Both the position numbers and the translations under genes were made by a program. Source: Gemmatimonadota bacterium (lineage in GTDB: Bacteria; Gemmatimonadota; Gemmatimonadetes; Palauibacterales; Palauibacteraceae). Taken from it: 64,000 bases of DNA. The stretch lies in assembly GCA_046758745.1 (NCBI GenBank), contig JBHIAV010000007.1, positions 28,950-92,949 on the forward strand, written 5' to 3'. The notes under the pieces are model-generated. The model saw nothing but the letters and a program-made list of their open reading frames with translations, searched no databases and was not told the origin of the DNA. Positions 17,987-28,525 of the stretch are shown here, piece by piece (the stretch's first letter is position 1; each line of letters begins with the position of its first letter).

Positions 17987-18040
17987 TTTCTTGCCGCTGT
18001 GCGCAAATATAGCTGAAGACGCCCGAACGGTTATTCCCGG

Positions 18041-19633
18041 ATGGTGAATGCGTTCCGGGTCGACGGAAAGGGGGTTCGCAATTCCCGGTCCGCCCGGGAA
18101 CCGAACCGCCGCCGGCGCATCGGGCTCCTCGTCGGAGCGGCGGGCTTCGTGGCCCTGCTCTTCACCGCTTCGCCCGCCGGGCTCGACTCCACCGGCTGGC
18201 GAACGGCCGCCGTGGCCACGCTCATGGCGACCTGGTGGGTGACCGAGGCCATCCCCATCCCGGCCACGGCGCTCGTGCCGCTCGCCCTCTTTCCCCTGCT
18301 CGGCATCGGGAGCATCGACGTGGCGGCCGCCCCGTACGCCCACCCGATCATCTTTCTCTTCCTCGGGGGTTTCATCGTTGCCCTCGCCATGGAGCGGTGG
18401 GGACTCCCGCGTCGGATCGCCCTGAACACGCTCCGCCGGCTCGGGACACGGCCCGCTGCGCTGGTCGCCGGCATGATGGCGAGCAGTGCGCTGCTAAGCA
18501 TGTGGGTGAGCAACACGGCCACGGCGATGATCATGCTCCCGATCGGCCTGGCGGTGGTTGAGCTGTACGGGAGCGCGAAGGCGGCGGCGGAAGCCGGAGG
18601 CGCGGCGGCGAGGGCAGCGGGTGGTGGGAACGCGGATCCGGCGAGTCTCGCGTCCGGTGCGCAGGAGAGCGGCCCGAACTTCGGGATCGGGGTCATGCTC
18701 GGCGTGGCGTACGGCTGCTCCATCGGCGGGCTGGGAACGCTGATCGGCACCCCGCCGAACGCCTTCCTCGCCGCCTTCCTGGAGGAGAGCTACGGCGTGG
18801 AGATCGGCTTCGCCGAGTGGATGCTCGTCGGGTTCCCCCTCGTCTTGGTCGGCCTCCCCCTCACCCACCTGCTGCTGACCCGAGTGGTCTTTCCCCTCCC
18901 TTCGCAGCCGATTCCGGCCGCGTCCGAGCTTATCGCCGGAGAGATCCGAAAGCTCGGCGGCATGACGCGGCCCGAGCGGCGGGTGGCGGTCGTGTTCGTC
19001 GCCACGGCGCTCCTGTGGATCGCCCGGCCCCTCATCGCGAGGCATCTGCCCGGCCTCTCGGATGCCGGGATCGCCATGCTCGCGGCGCTGGCCCTCTTTC
19101 TCGTGCCCGCCGGGGCGGCACGGGGAGGTGCCCTCATGACCTGGGTGGCGGCGCGCCGGCTGCCGTGGGGGATGCTGGTTCTCTTCGGGGGAGGCCTGAG
19201 CCTGGCCTCCGCTTTCGGACGGACCGGCCTCACAGATTGGATCGGCGCCGGCGTGAGCTCGCTGGCGGCCTGGCCGGTGGTGCTGGTGGTCCTGGCGTCG
19301 GCCGGCCTCGTCATCTTCCTCACCGAGCTCACCAGCAACACCGCGACGGCGGCGGCCTTCCTGCCGGTCCTCGGCGCGGTGGCGGTCGGCATGGGCGAGA
19401 GCCCCCTGCTCCTCGCCGTGCCGGCGGCCCTGGCGGCCAGCTGCGCGTTTATGCTCCCGGTGGCCACGCCGCCGAACGCGATCGTGTACGGGAGCGGGCT
19501 CGTCACGATCCCGCACATGGCCCGGGCGGGTCTGCTGCTGAACCTTCTCTTCCTGCTGCTGGTCACCGCGGCGGCGCGGCTCCTCCTGCCGTTCGTGTTC
19601 GGGGTCGCCCTGGCCGCCGGGGGCGGGCCGTAG
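18041..19633 (+). CDS. DASS/SLC13 sodium-coupled di-/tricarboxylate or sulfate symporter
   Basis: WWVTEAIPIPAT, SMWVSNTAT, GTPPN, TELTSNTAT, AFMLPVATPPNAI. Confidence 0.93.
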   Translation: MVNAFRVDGKGVRNSRSAREPNRRRRIGLLVGAAGFVALLFTASPAGLDSTGWRTAAVATLMATWWVTEAIPIPATALVPLALFPLLGIGSIDVAAAPYAHPIIFLFLGGFIVALAMERWGLPRRIALNTLRRLGTRPAALVAGMMASSALLSMWVSNTATAMIMLPIGLAVVELYGSAKAAAEAGGAAARAAGGGNADPASLASGAQESGPNFGIGVMLGVAYGCSIGGLGTLIGTPPNAFLAAFLEESYGVEIGFAEWMLVGFPLVLVGLPLTHLLLTRVVFPLPSQPIPAASELIAGEIRKLGGMTRPERRVAVVFVATALLWIARPLIARHLPGLSDAGIAMLAALALFLVPAGAARGGALMTWVAARRLPWGMLVLFGGGLSLASAFGRTGLTDWIGAGVSSLAAWPVVLVVLASAGLVIFLTELTSNTATAAAFLPVLGAVAVGMGESPLLLAVPAALAASCAFMLPVATPPNAIVYGSGLVTIPHMARAGLLLNLLFLLLVTAAARLLLPFVFGVALAAGGGP

Positions 19634-19769
19634 ACCGGCGCGAGCGTCTCGGGCCAGGAGCTCTGCCGCCTGCTGTGGGAGGAGCGCGAGCAACCGCTGG
19701 CTGGAGGGCGATGTCCGGGCAGCGTCCCCACGGCCGAGGGATGGGGCCTTACGTTGTCCTAGGGAACAG

Positions 19770-19800
19770 TTGATTGTATTCTAATTTGTTGTGGTATAAA
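19770..19800 (+). promoter_or_regulatory. Putative sigma70 promoter for rpmE-prfA-prmC
   Basis: AT-rich island TTGATTGTATTCTAATTTGTTGTGGTATAAA with extended -10 TG-G-TATAAA, about 70 bp upstream of rpmE. Confidence 0.6.
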
Positions 19801-19869
19801 GCCGGGCCCACGATGCCGCCCGGACAGCGAGCGATCCTGACGCGATGGAACCGAAGGCCGGAGCCTGAG

Positions 19870-20112
19870 ATGAAGGCCGGGATTCATCCCGAATACAAGC
19901 CGACGAGGATCACCTGCGCATGTGGGCGGGTGACCGAAACCTACGCCACGGTGGACGAGCTGCACGTGGAGATCTGCTCACACTGCCATCCCTTCTTCAC
20001 CGGGCGCCAGAAGCTGGTCGACACGGCGGGCCGGGTGGAGCGCTTCCGGGCCAAGTACGCCGCCGCGGAGACCCTCGAAGAGTCCGAGGAGGCGGCCGCC
20101 GCCGGCGAGTAA
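19870..20112 (+). CDS. rpmE: 50S ribosomal protein L31 (Zn-binding type)
   Basis: MKAGIHPEY...CACG...[26 protein letters not shown]. Confidence 0.97.
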   Translation: MKAGIHPEYKPTRITCACGRVTETYATVDELHVEICSHCHPFFTGRQKLVDTAGRVERFRAKYAAAETLEESEEAAAAGE

Positions 20113-20158
20113 CGCGCTCCGACCTCCGGGTGTATCCTTCCTCCTTCGAAGCACTCCG

Positions 20159-21247
<1,089 letters not shown>

Positions 21248-21350
21248 GGCAGCCGACCGGATTTCCGAGAGGGCCCGCATGGGCCACACGCACGGCGGGC
21301 CCGATCCCGGCGGGGTCACCAGGCCCGGTGGCGGAGGCCGGACGGGCCGG

Positions 21351-22388
21351 ATGAGCGAGGCGGCGGGAGGGACCGCGGGCCGTGGGATCGCGCCGCCGCC
21401 CGCTCCGACGCGGCGGGAGGCCGTGCTGGGGCTCGCCGAGGAGCTGGGCTCGGCCGGCGTGGAGAGCGCGCGGCTGGAAGCCGAGCGCCTGGTGTGTCAC
21501 GCGCTGGGAATCGATCGGGCCGAGCTGGCGCTCACGGGCGCAGAGCGACTGACGCCCGAGGAGGCGGGACGGCTGGCGCGCGCCGTGGGCCGCAGGCTCT
21601 CCGGCGAGCCGCTGCAGCACATCGAGGGAACCGTGGCCTTCCGCCAGCTCGTCCTCGCGGCCGACCGACGCGCGCTCATCCCGCGCCCGGAGACCGAGCA
21701 GCTGGTCGATCTCGTGGCCGCGTGGGGGGCGAGGCGGAGCCGGCAGCGAGCCGGAGGCGGCGAGAGCGCGGTCCGCGTGGTGCGACGGCCCATGACGGAT
21801 CCGGCAGGCGGTTTCAGGGAAGCGGACCCGTCGAGCGGACGGAGGAAGCGTGCGCTCGTGGGCTGTGCCCTCGACATCGGGACCGGCTCGGGCGCGATCG
21901 CGCTCTCGCTCGCCGTCGAGGGGATCGCCGCCCGGGTGGTGGCGACCGATGTCTCCGGCGAGGCGCTCGAGCAGGCGGCCGAGAACCGGGCCCGCCTGCC
22001 TCCCGAAGTGGCGGAGCGGGTAGAGCTGCGGAGATCGGCGGGGCCCGTGTGGGAGCCGGTGCGTCCCGGTGAGCGGTTCGACCTCATCGTCTCCAACCCG
22101 CCGTACGTGACGGACCGGGAGCTGGAAGAGCTTCCGCCCGACGTGGGAGACCATGAGCCGCGGGAGGCGCTGGCCGGCGGGCCCGACGGCCTGGAGGTGC
22201 TCCGGGAAATCGTGGCCGAGGCGGCCCGGCACCTGAAGCCGGGCGGGGCGCTCTTCCTCGAGATCGGCCCCGCACAGGGAGAGGCTGTTCGGCGACTGCT
22301 CGAGGCGACCGGACGGTGGCGTCGGGTGGAGGTGGAACCCGACCTTACGGGACGCGACCGGTTCGTCCGAGCGGAGCCTGCCTTCTGA
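21351..22388 (+). CDS. prmC: Release factor glutamine methyltransferase PrmC/HemK
   Basis: GEPLQHI, LIPRPETE, DIGTGSGAIA, SNPPY; follows prfA. Alternative ATG at 21279. Confidence 0.92.
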   Translation: MSEAAGGTAGRGIAPPPAPTRREAVLGLAEELGSAGVESARLEAERLVCHALGIDRAELALTGAERLTPEEAGRLARAVGRRLSGEPLQHIEGTVAFRQLVLAADRRALIPRPETEQLVDLVAAWGARRSRQRAGGGESAVRVVRRPMTDPAGGFREADPSSGRRKRALVGCALDIGTGSGAIALSLAVEGIAARVVATDVSGEALEQAAENRARLPPEVAERVELRRSAGPVWEPVRPGERFDLIVSNPPYVTDRELEELPPDVGDHEPREALAGGPDGLEVLREIVAEAARHLKPGGALFLEIGPAQGEAVRRLLEATGRWRRVEVEPDLTGRDRFVRAEPAF

Positions 22389-22554
22389 GCCCGCATTCGG
22401 ATGGCGTGAGAGATCGCCTGGTCCCCGCAGGCCGCCAGTAGGGAAGGGGCAGGGAGGGGTGGGGCGCTGCCGCGCCCGGGTCGTCCAGGCAGGCGGTTCG
22501 CGTTGGCTCCTGGCTCTCCCTATATTGATTGGTCGATTGTTCGAGTATGTTCAG

Positions 22555-22580
22555 AGGAGCCGCTCCCGGGGCTCCTTTTC
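22555..22580 (+). terminator. Terminator-like hairpin upstream of the ylbF-like gene
   Basis: AGGAGCC / 8-nt loop / GGCTCCT followed by TTTC. Confidence 0.45.
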
Positions 22581-22655
22581 GCATCTGGCGTTCGGTGATG
22601 CCCGGTGCAGCCCGGGTAGAGCGCGCCTCCGTCCCTCACGGCAAGGCGGAACGGC

Positions 22656-23036
22656 ATGGTGATCGACCCGACGGATCGGGAGCGTATCTTCGAGAAGGCC
22701 AGCGAGGTCGGGCGGCTTCTCTCCCAGACCCCGGAGTACGCATACCTCAAGGCGGCGCACCGGGAGATCGGAAGCGACCGGGAAGCGACGGAGATGCTGA
22801 ACCGCATGCGAGACCTGCAGGAGCGGATCCTCGGCGCCCTGGATCGAGGAGAGGAGCCGGCCAGGGAGCTGCGGGACGAGCTCGCCGACCTGAGCGAGAA
22901 GGTTCAGCGCAGCGTGCGGTACCAGTCACTGATCTCGGCCCAGGCGAACTTCGACAAGCTGATGGACAAGGTACACGAGGCGATCGGAAAGGGCATCAAG
23001 ACCGGCGAGGAGAGCCGCATCATCCTCCCCACGTGA
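22656..23036 (+). CDS. YlbF/YmcA/YheA (Com_YlbF)-family protein
   Basis: IFEKASEVGRLLSQTPEY...YQSLISAQANFDKLMDKVHEAI helical pattern. Confidence 0.72.
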   Translation: MVIDPTDRERIFEKASEVGRLLSQTPEYAYLKAAHREIGSDREATEMLNRMRDLQERILGALDRGEEPARELRDELADLSEKVQRSVRYQSLISAQANFDKLMDKVHEAIGKGIKTGEESRIILPT

Positions 23037-23040
23037 CTCG

Positions 23041-23775
23041 GTGCCACCCTCCGAAGTGGACGATCCGCACTTGCTGAAGGCGATCCGACAGCTGCTCGAG
23101 CGCGGGCTTCGCACCGGCGTCGAGCCGGCGATCGCCGCCTTCACCGGGTGGCGGGTCCACCCCAACATCCTGAGCACGGTCGGCTTCCTCATCACGAGCG
23201 CCTCAGGGTACTTCTTTCATCAGCACCACGTACGCACCGCGGGAGCGCTGATTCTTCTCGGAGGGGTGTTCGACCTGTTCGATGGAAGCGTCGCCCGGCG
23301 GACGGGCCTGGCGTCCCCTTTCGGAGCGTTTTACGACTCGACGCTCGACCGCTTGTCCGAGATCATCGTGTACGTCGGCCTGCTTTCGCTGTACAACGAC
23401 TACCGGCTGGTGCTCGGCGACGTCGGAATGATCTACGCGGTCATGCTGGCCATGGCGGGCTCGATCATGATCAGCTACACGCGGGCGCGCGCCGAGGCCC
23501 TCGCCATCGACTGCACGGTGGGTCTCATGCAGCGGGCGGAGCGGGTGATCCTCATCGGAACCGCGGCGCTCCTCTTCGGCGAGGAAGGGCAGGGGATCGT
23601 TCTCAAGGTGGTGATCGTGAGCCTCGCCATCCTCACCAACTTCACGGTCCTCCAGCGAATCTGGTGGGTGTATCGGCATACCCGCCCGGTTGGCGTCGCC
23701 GTGGGTGATGCAGTGCCGAAAGAGCCGGCGGGCGCACCGGCCGCTGAACTCGGACCCGCCGGTTCGAGCAGCTGA
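23041..23775 (+). CDS. CDP-alcohol phosphatidyltransferase, probable phosphatidylinositol-phosphate synthase
   Basis: HPNILS, DLFDGSVARRTG...FGAFYDSTLDRLSE, SYTRARAE...VGLMQRAER; adjacent to ino1. Confidence 0.85.
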   Translation: MPPSEVDDPHLLKAIRQLLERGLRTGVEPAIAAFTGWRVHPNILSTVGFLITSASGYFFHQHHVRTAGALILLGGVFDLFDGSVARRTGLASPFGAFYDSTLDRLSEIIVYVGLLSLYNDYRLVLGDVGMIYAVMLAMAGSIMISYTRARAEALAIDCTVGLMQRAERVILIGTAALLFGEEGQGIVLKVVIVSLAILTNFTVLQRIWWVYRHTRPVGVAVGDAVPKEPAGAPAAELGPAGSSS

Positions 23776-23812
23776 GCTACAGTGGTGATGGGCTGCAAAG
23801 AGGTATAGAGGC

Positions 23813-25147
23813 ATGTCAATCAGCCAGCGGGAAGGATGGAGGGGACGGGAGATCCGGCCGGCCGAAGGCCGGCTGGGCGTGCTGGTCGTCGGACTCGGCG
23901 CGGTGTCGACGACGTTCATAGCGGGGGTGGAAGTGGTCCGTCGCGGGCTCAGCCAGCCGATCGGTTCGCTCACTCAGATGAACACGGTGAGGCTCGGGAG
24001 GCGGACGGAGGGCCGGACACCGCTCATAAAAGAGCTGGTGCCGCTCGCCGACCTCGAAGATCTGGTCTTCGGCGCGTGGGATCCGATCCCCGATGACGCG
24101 CTGCGCTCGGCCCAGGTAGCGGGAGTGCTGCAGGCGCGCGATCTGGATCCGGTCGCCGACTTCCTCCGCGGCATCGCGCCGATGCCGGCCGTGTTCGACA
24201 AAGCTTATGTGAGGAAGCTGGACGGGGAGAACGTCAAGACGGGCGCCAACAAGATGGAGCTGGCCGACCAGCTCCGCTCGGACATCGGCCGGTTCAAGGC
24301 CGAGAGCGGGTGTGACCGTCTCGTCATGGTTTGGTGTGCCTCGACCGAGGTCTTCATGAGGCCGCATCCGGTCCACGAGACGGTCGAGTCGTTCGAGCGA
24401 GCCCTACGCGACAGCCACGAGGCGATCGCGCCGTCGATGATCTACGCCTACGCCTCCCTGATGGAGGGCGTACCGTTCGCGAACGGGGCGCCCAACCTCA
24501 CGGTCGATACGCCGGCCCTCACGGAGCTGGCGAAGAGAGAACGGGTGCCGATCGCCGGCAAGGATTTCAAGACGGGGCAGACGCTGATGAAGACGATCGT
24601 CGCGCCCGGCCTCAAAGCCCGCATGCTGGGACTCCGGGGCTGGTTCTCGACGAACATCCTGGGCAACAGGGACGGGGCGGTGCTCGACGATCCCGAGAGC
24701 TTCAAGACGAAGGAGGAGTCGAAGCTCGGCGTGCTGGAGTACATCCTTCAGCCCCACATCTACCCGGAGCTGTACCGGGACTTCTACCACAAGGTCCGCA
24801 TCAACTACTATCCGCCGCGCGGAGATGACAAGGAGGGTTGGGACAACATCGACATCTTCGGGTGGCTCGGCTACCCGATGCAGATCAAGGTGGACTTCCT
24901 GTGCAAGGACTCCATCCTCGCCGCGCCCATCGTGCTGGATCTCGCCCTCTTCCTGGACCTCGCTCAGCGCGCCGGGATGAGCGGGATCCAGGAATGGCTC
25001 TCCTTCTACTTCAAGAGCCCGCAGGTCTCGCCCGAGCTGTACCCGGAGCACGACCTCTTTATCCAGCACTGGAAGCTGAAGAACACGCTCCGCTGGATGG
25101 CCGGGGAGGAGCAGATCACCCATCTGGGAGTCGAGTACTACGACTGA
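23813..25147 (+). CDS. ino1: myo-inositol-1(3)-phosphate synthase
   Basis: GLGAVSTT, ANGAPN, GKDFKTGQT, NILGNRDG, CKDSILAAPIVLDL, FYFKSP. Confidence 0.94.
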   Translation: MSISQREGWRGREIRPAEGRLGVLVVGLGAVSTTFIAGVEVVRRGLSQPIGSLTQMNTVRLGRRTEGRTPLIKELVPLADLEDLVFGAWDPIPDDALRSAQVAGVLQARDLDPVADFLRGIAPMPAVFDKAYVRKLDGENVKTGANKMELADQLRSDIGRFKAESGCDRLVMVWCASTEVFMRPHPVHETVESFERALRDSHEAIAPSMIYAYASLMEGVPFANGAPNLTVDTPALTELAKRERVPIAGKDFKTGQTLMKTIVAPGLKARMLGLRGWFSTNILGNRDGAVLDDPESFKTKEESKLGVLEYILQPHIYPELYRDFYHKVRINYYPPRGDDKEGWDNIDIFGWLGYPMQIKVDFLCKDSILAAPIVLDLALFLDLAQRAGMSGIQEWLSFYFKSPQVSPELYPEHDLFIQHWKLKNTLRWMAGEEQITHLGVEYYD

Positions 25148-25189
25148 CCACCCTCGGCCTTTCTCTCCGGTCCATCAGACGACCCTACC

Positions 25190-25831
25190 GTGAGGGGTGA
25201 CCGGCGCGGCCTCTTCCTCGTCTTCGAGGGGGTGGAGGGGGCTGGGAAGTCGACGCAGGTACAGAGGCTCGTGGCTCGACTCGAGGAGCGGAGGATCTCC
25301 TACCTCCTCGTGCGCGAGCCCGGCGGGACGCCGGCTGGAGAGCGGATCCGTCAGATCGTGCTGGATCCCGAGCTCTCGATGTGCGCGGAGACGGAGCTCC
25401 TCCTATACCTGGCGGCCCGCGCCCAGTTCGTCCGCCAGCTCGTGCAGCCGGCGCTCGAGCGCGGTGAGCTGGTGATCGCGGACCGATACGAACTCTCCAC
25501 GTTCGCCTATCAGGGGGTCGGTCGGGGGCTCGGTGTGGAAAGGGCGCGAGAGCTCAACGCGTTCGCCACGGGCGGGCTGAAGCCTGACGCGATCATCCTC
25601 TTGACGGTCGAGCCTGAAGCCGGGCTCGCGCGGAAGAACTCCGAGATGGATCGGCTGGAGCGGGAACGATCGGCCTTTCACCGCACGGTGGCCAAGGCGT
25701 ACCGACAGCTCGCCGCGACGGAGCCGAGCGTCATCGTGATCGATAGTGGTGCTCCGACGGAGGAGGTGACCGACCGAATCTGGGTGGAGCTGTGCGAGCG
25801 TTGGCCGGAGCGCTTCGAGCCGGGCGGCTGA
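25190..25831 (+). CDS. tmk: Thymidylate kinase
   Basis: FEGVEGAGKSTQ, REPGGT, DRY...AYQG. Confidence 0.95.
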   Translation: MRGDRRGLFLVFEGVEGAGKSTQVQRLVARLEERRISYLLVREPGGTPAGERIRQIVLDPELSMCAETELLLYLAARAQFVRQLVQPALERGELVIADRYELSTFAYQGVGRGLGVERARELNAFATGGLKPDAIILLTVEPEAGLARKNSEMDRLERERSAFHRTVAKAYRQLAATEPSVIVIDSGAPTEEVTDRIWVELCERWPERFEPGG

Positions 25832-25937
25832 AACTTTTTCCCCGCTTGACAGTTAACAGGTAGGGCACGGTTCGGCGGCGGTGCGCTGGGCGGCGGATGA
25901 TCGGCGGCTCGGCCGCCATCCAGGTAGCGGAGGATGG

Positions 25938-26189
25938 ATGAGATCGAGACGCGCGTGGGTACCGGCTCCGGTGGTAGGCGTCACCGCCCTGGCGAGCGGT
26001 GGTTGGCTTCTCCAGCGGGGCGGCTCGGTCTCCGACGGCGTCCTCTTTCAGGCGCAGCTTTTCCAGGCGGTCCACCGCTACGTGGCGGATCGCTGCATCG
26101 AGCGGATCGCCGAGGGGCTGTTCGGAAGCACTCCTAGAGCCGTGATTCCCGGATCCTCGGCCAGGACGCGAAGGCCGACTCCGCCGTAG
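25938..26189 (+). pseudogene. Truncated paralog of the N-terminus of the downstream S41 peptidase
   Basis: First 57 aa align without gaps to the S41 N-terminus (27/57 identical by manual count); the ORF then diverges and stops at 26189. Confidence 0.7.
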
Positions 26190-26377
26190 CTGCGCGAGGA
26201 GCGCACGCTCCCCGCCCGCGGGGTGATCGACGTGGAGGCGCGGCGCTTGCATGTGATGGGCCCGGCATCCGCAGTGCCCGCCTCGGGCCGGCTTTTGCGG
26301 TTTCGCGGGCCCAGCTACATTTGGCGGGTCGTAAGCGCATGAAACAGATAGACGAACGACGCCAATTCGGAGGAAGG

Positions 26378-28066
26378 ATGCGTATTCCCCGCTCCCTGGT
26401 ACCGGCGCTCGCCGTGGCGATCCTCGCTCTGGTTACGGGCGGCTGGTTCCTCCAGCAGGGCACCCGCGGCCAAGAGAGCGTCCTGTTCAAGGCCCGCCTG
26501 CTCGAAGAGGTCCACCGTCTGGTGTCGGAGCGTTACGTCGAGGAGATCGACCCAGCCGAGCTGTACCAGATGGCGATCGACGGGATGTTGCGGGAGGTTG
26601 GCGATCCCTATTCCGTGTTTCTCACTCCGGAAGACTTCGCGGATCTGCAGCTCAGCACGACCGGCAACTACGGCGGGCTCGGCATCCGAATTCAGAAGAA
26701 GGGTTCGTGGATCACCGTGATGGGCGTCCTCCCGAACACCCCCGCCGAGCGGCGAGGTCTCCAGACCGGTGACCGGATCGTGGAGGTCGACGGGGAATCC
26801 GCCGAGGATTGGACAGAGGAACAGGCCGTCAACACGCTGCGCGGCGAGAAGGGGAGCTCCGTGACCATCAGCGTCGCGCGGGTCGGGGTGGATCGGCCGC
26901 TCACCTTCACGATCGAGCGCGACGCGATACACGTCAAGGCCATCGAGTCGTTCATGCTGGACGACCGGGTCGGCTATGTACGGCTGGGGGGCTTCAACAA
27001 GGAAGCGACGAAGGAACTGCGCTCGGCGATCGAAGACCTGCGGGAGAGCGGCGCGCAGGCTCTCCTCTTGGATCTCCGCTGGAACACCGGCGGCCTGCTC
27101 GACGAGGGGGTGGCGATCGCAGACCTCTTCCTCCCTCGTGGCGCCGAGGTGGTTTCCACCCGATCCCGGCTGGAGGATCAGAACTTCACCTTCCGGGCGG
27201 CGGGTCCCGATGCAGTGCCCAACCTGCCGCTCGCCGTACTGGTGAACGAGGGTAGCGCGAGCGCTTCGGAGATCCTGGCGGGCGCGCTCCAGGATTACGA
27301 TCGGGCACTGGTCCTCGGCACCGCCACCTTCGGGAAAGGTTCCGTCCAATCGCTGTATTCGCTGCCGGGCGGCAACCACCTCAAGCTCACGACGGCTCGC
27401 TGGTACACGCCGAGCGGACGCTCCATCCACAAGGACAGGCGGGATGAGGATGAGCTGCTCGCCGGGGGAGCCGGAATGGCGCTGTCGGCCGAGGGCACTC
27501 CGATCGAGACGGTCGTCGACACGGCGGGCCGGGAGGTGTTCCGCACGGTCGGCGGTCGCCCCGTATATGGAGGCGGCGGGATCACCCCCGATCTGATCGT
27601 GCTTCCCGATACGGCGACCCTGCGCGAGCGCGAGTTCGTCACCGAGATCGCGAAGGCGGAAGCGTCCTTCGTCGATGCGGCTTTTCAGTTCGGTGTGCGG
27701 TGGAAGGTGGAGCATCCGGATCTGGAAGAGGACTTCGAGGTGACTCCGGCGATGCGGGACGCCTTCTACCGTGAGCTGGTGGAGAGGATCGGCGGTGGAA
27801 TCGATCGGGCGCTGTACGATGACGCTCGTGGCCTCGTCGACCAACAGCTCGCAGTGCAGATTGCGAACGCCGCGTTCGGCGAGACGGCGCGCCTCAAGCG
27901 GAGACTACGCGAGGACCGGCAGGTCGAGGAGGCGTTGAGGCTGCTACGCGAGGCGGACTCTCCGGGCGGGCTCTTCACCCTCGCCGCCGCGCACAGAAAA
28001 GCCGCGGTGGAAGCCGCGAGCGCCGAGCTGGACGACGCACGCGCCGTGGCACAGCCACCGCACTGA
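26378..28066 (+). CDS. S41 C-terminal processing peptidase (CtpA/Prc-like, with PDZ)
   Basis: DPYS, GGLGI PDZ, LDLRWNTGG, SASASE (Ser), TFGKGSVQ (Lys), GITPD. AGGAAGG RBS. Confidence 0.93.
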   Translation: MRIPRSLVPALAVAILALVTGGWFLQQGTRGQESVLFKARLLEEVHRLVSERYVEEIDPAELYQMAIDGMLREVGDPYSVFLTPEDFADLQLSTTGNYGGLGIRIQKKGSWITVMGVLPNTPAERRGLQTGDRIVEVDGESAEDWTEEQAVNTLRGEKGSSVTISVARVGVDRPLTFTIERDAIHVKAIESFMLDDRVGYVRLGGFNKEATKELRSAIEDLRESGAQALLLDLRWNTGGLLDEGVAIADLFLPRGAEVVSTRSRLEDQNFTFRAAGPDAVPNLPLAVLVNEGSASASEILAGALQDYDRALVLGTATFGKGSVQSLYSLPGGNHLKLTTARWYTPSGRSIHKDRRDEDELLAGGAGMALSAEGTPIETVVDTAGREVFRTVGGRPVYGGGGITPDLIVLPDTATLREREFVTEIAKAEASFVDAAFQFGVRWKVEHPDLEEDFEVTPAMRDAFYRELVERIGGGIDRALYDDARGLVDQQLAVQIANAAFGETARLKRRLREDRQVEEALRLLREADSPGGLFTLAAAHRKAAVEAASAELDDARAVAQPPH

Positions 28067-28135
28067 GGGCGAGCGAGCGTTCGACGGGGTCCGGACGTCG
28101 CCCGATGGATCCGTCGCGGGCGCTGGAGGCTGTCG

Positions 28136-28174
28136 AAAAAGCGAGGCGCCCGGCCTGATCGGTTGGGCGCCTCG
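28136..28174 (-). terminator. Rho-independent terminator downstream of HU gene
   Basis: Minus strand GAGGCGCCC AACCGATCAGGCC GGGCGCCTC GCTTTTT. Confidence 0.75.
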
Positions 28175-28231
28175 GCATCTCTGGGAGCGGACGGCGAAGA
28201 CGCGTACGCTCGCTCCTACGGCGGAGCGCGG

Positions 28232-28525
28232 CTACTCGCGGACGCGATCCTTGAGACCCTTCCCGGCGCGGAAAGATACTGACTTGCGCGCCTGGATCAT
28301 GATCTCCTCACCGGTCTGCGGATTCCGGCCCTTGCGAGCCTTGGTGTTTCGGGTTCGGAACGTGCCGAAGCCCGTGATGGTGAAGTCACGGTCGGCGTCC
28401 AGCTCCGTGGCGATGATCCCCTCCCGGGGCTTGGTCGAGAAGATCGCCTCGATCACGTCCATCGCCTTCGCCTTGGAGAGGTCGGTTTGCTTCGCGAGCT
28501 TCTCCGCGAATTCCTGTTTCGTCAC
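28232..28525 (-). CDS. hup: HU family nucleoid protein
   Basis: (M)TKQEFAEKLAKQTDLSKAKA...GFGTF...RKGRNPQTGEEI...FRAGKGLK. GTG start with AAAGGAG RBS. Confidence 0.92.
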   Translation of the reverse strand: MTKQEFAEKLAKQTDLSKAKAMDVIEAIFSTKPREGIIATELDADRDFTITGFGTFRTRNTKARKGRNPQTGEEIMIQARKSVSFRAGKGLKDRVRE

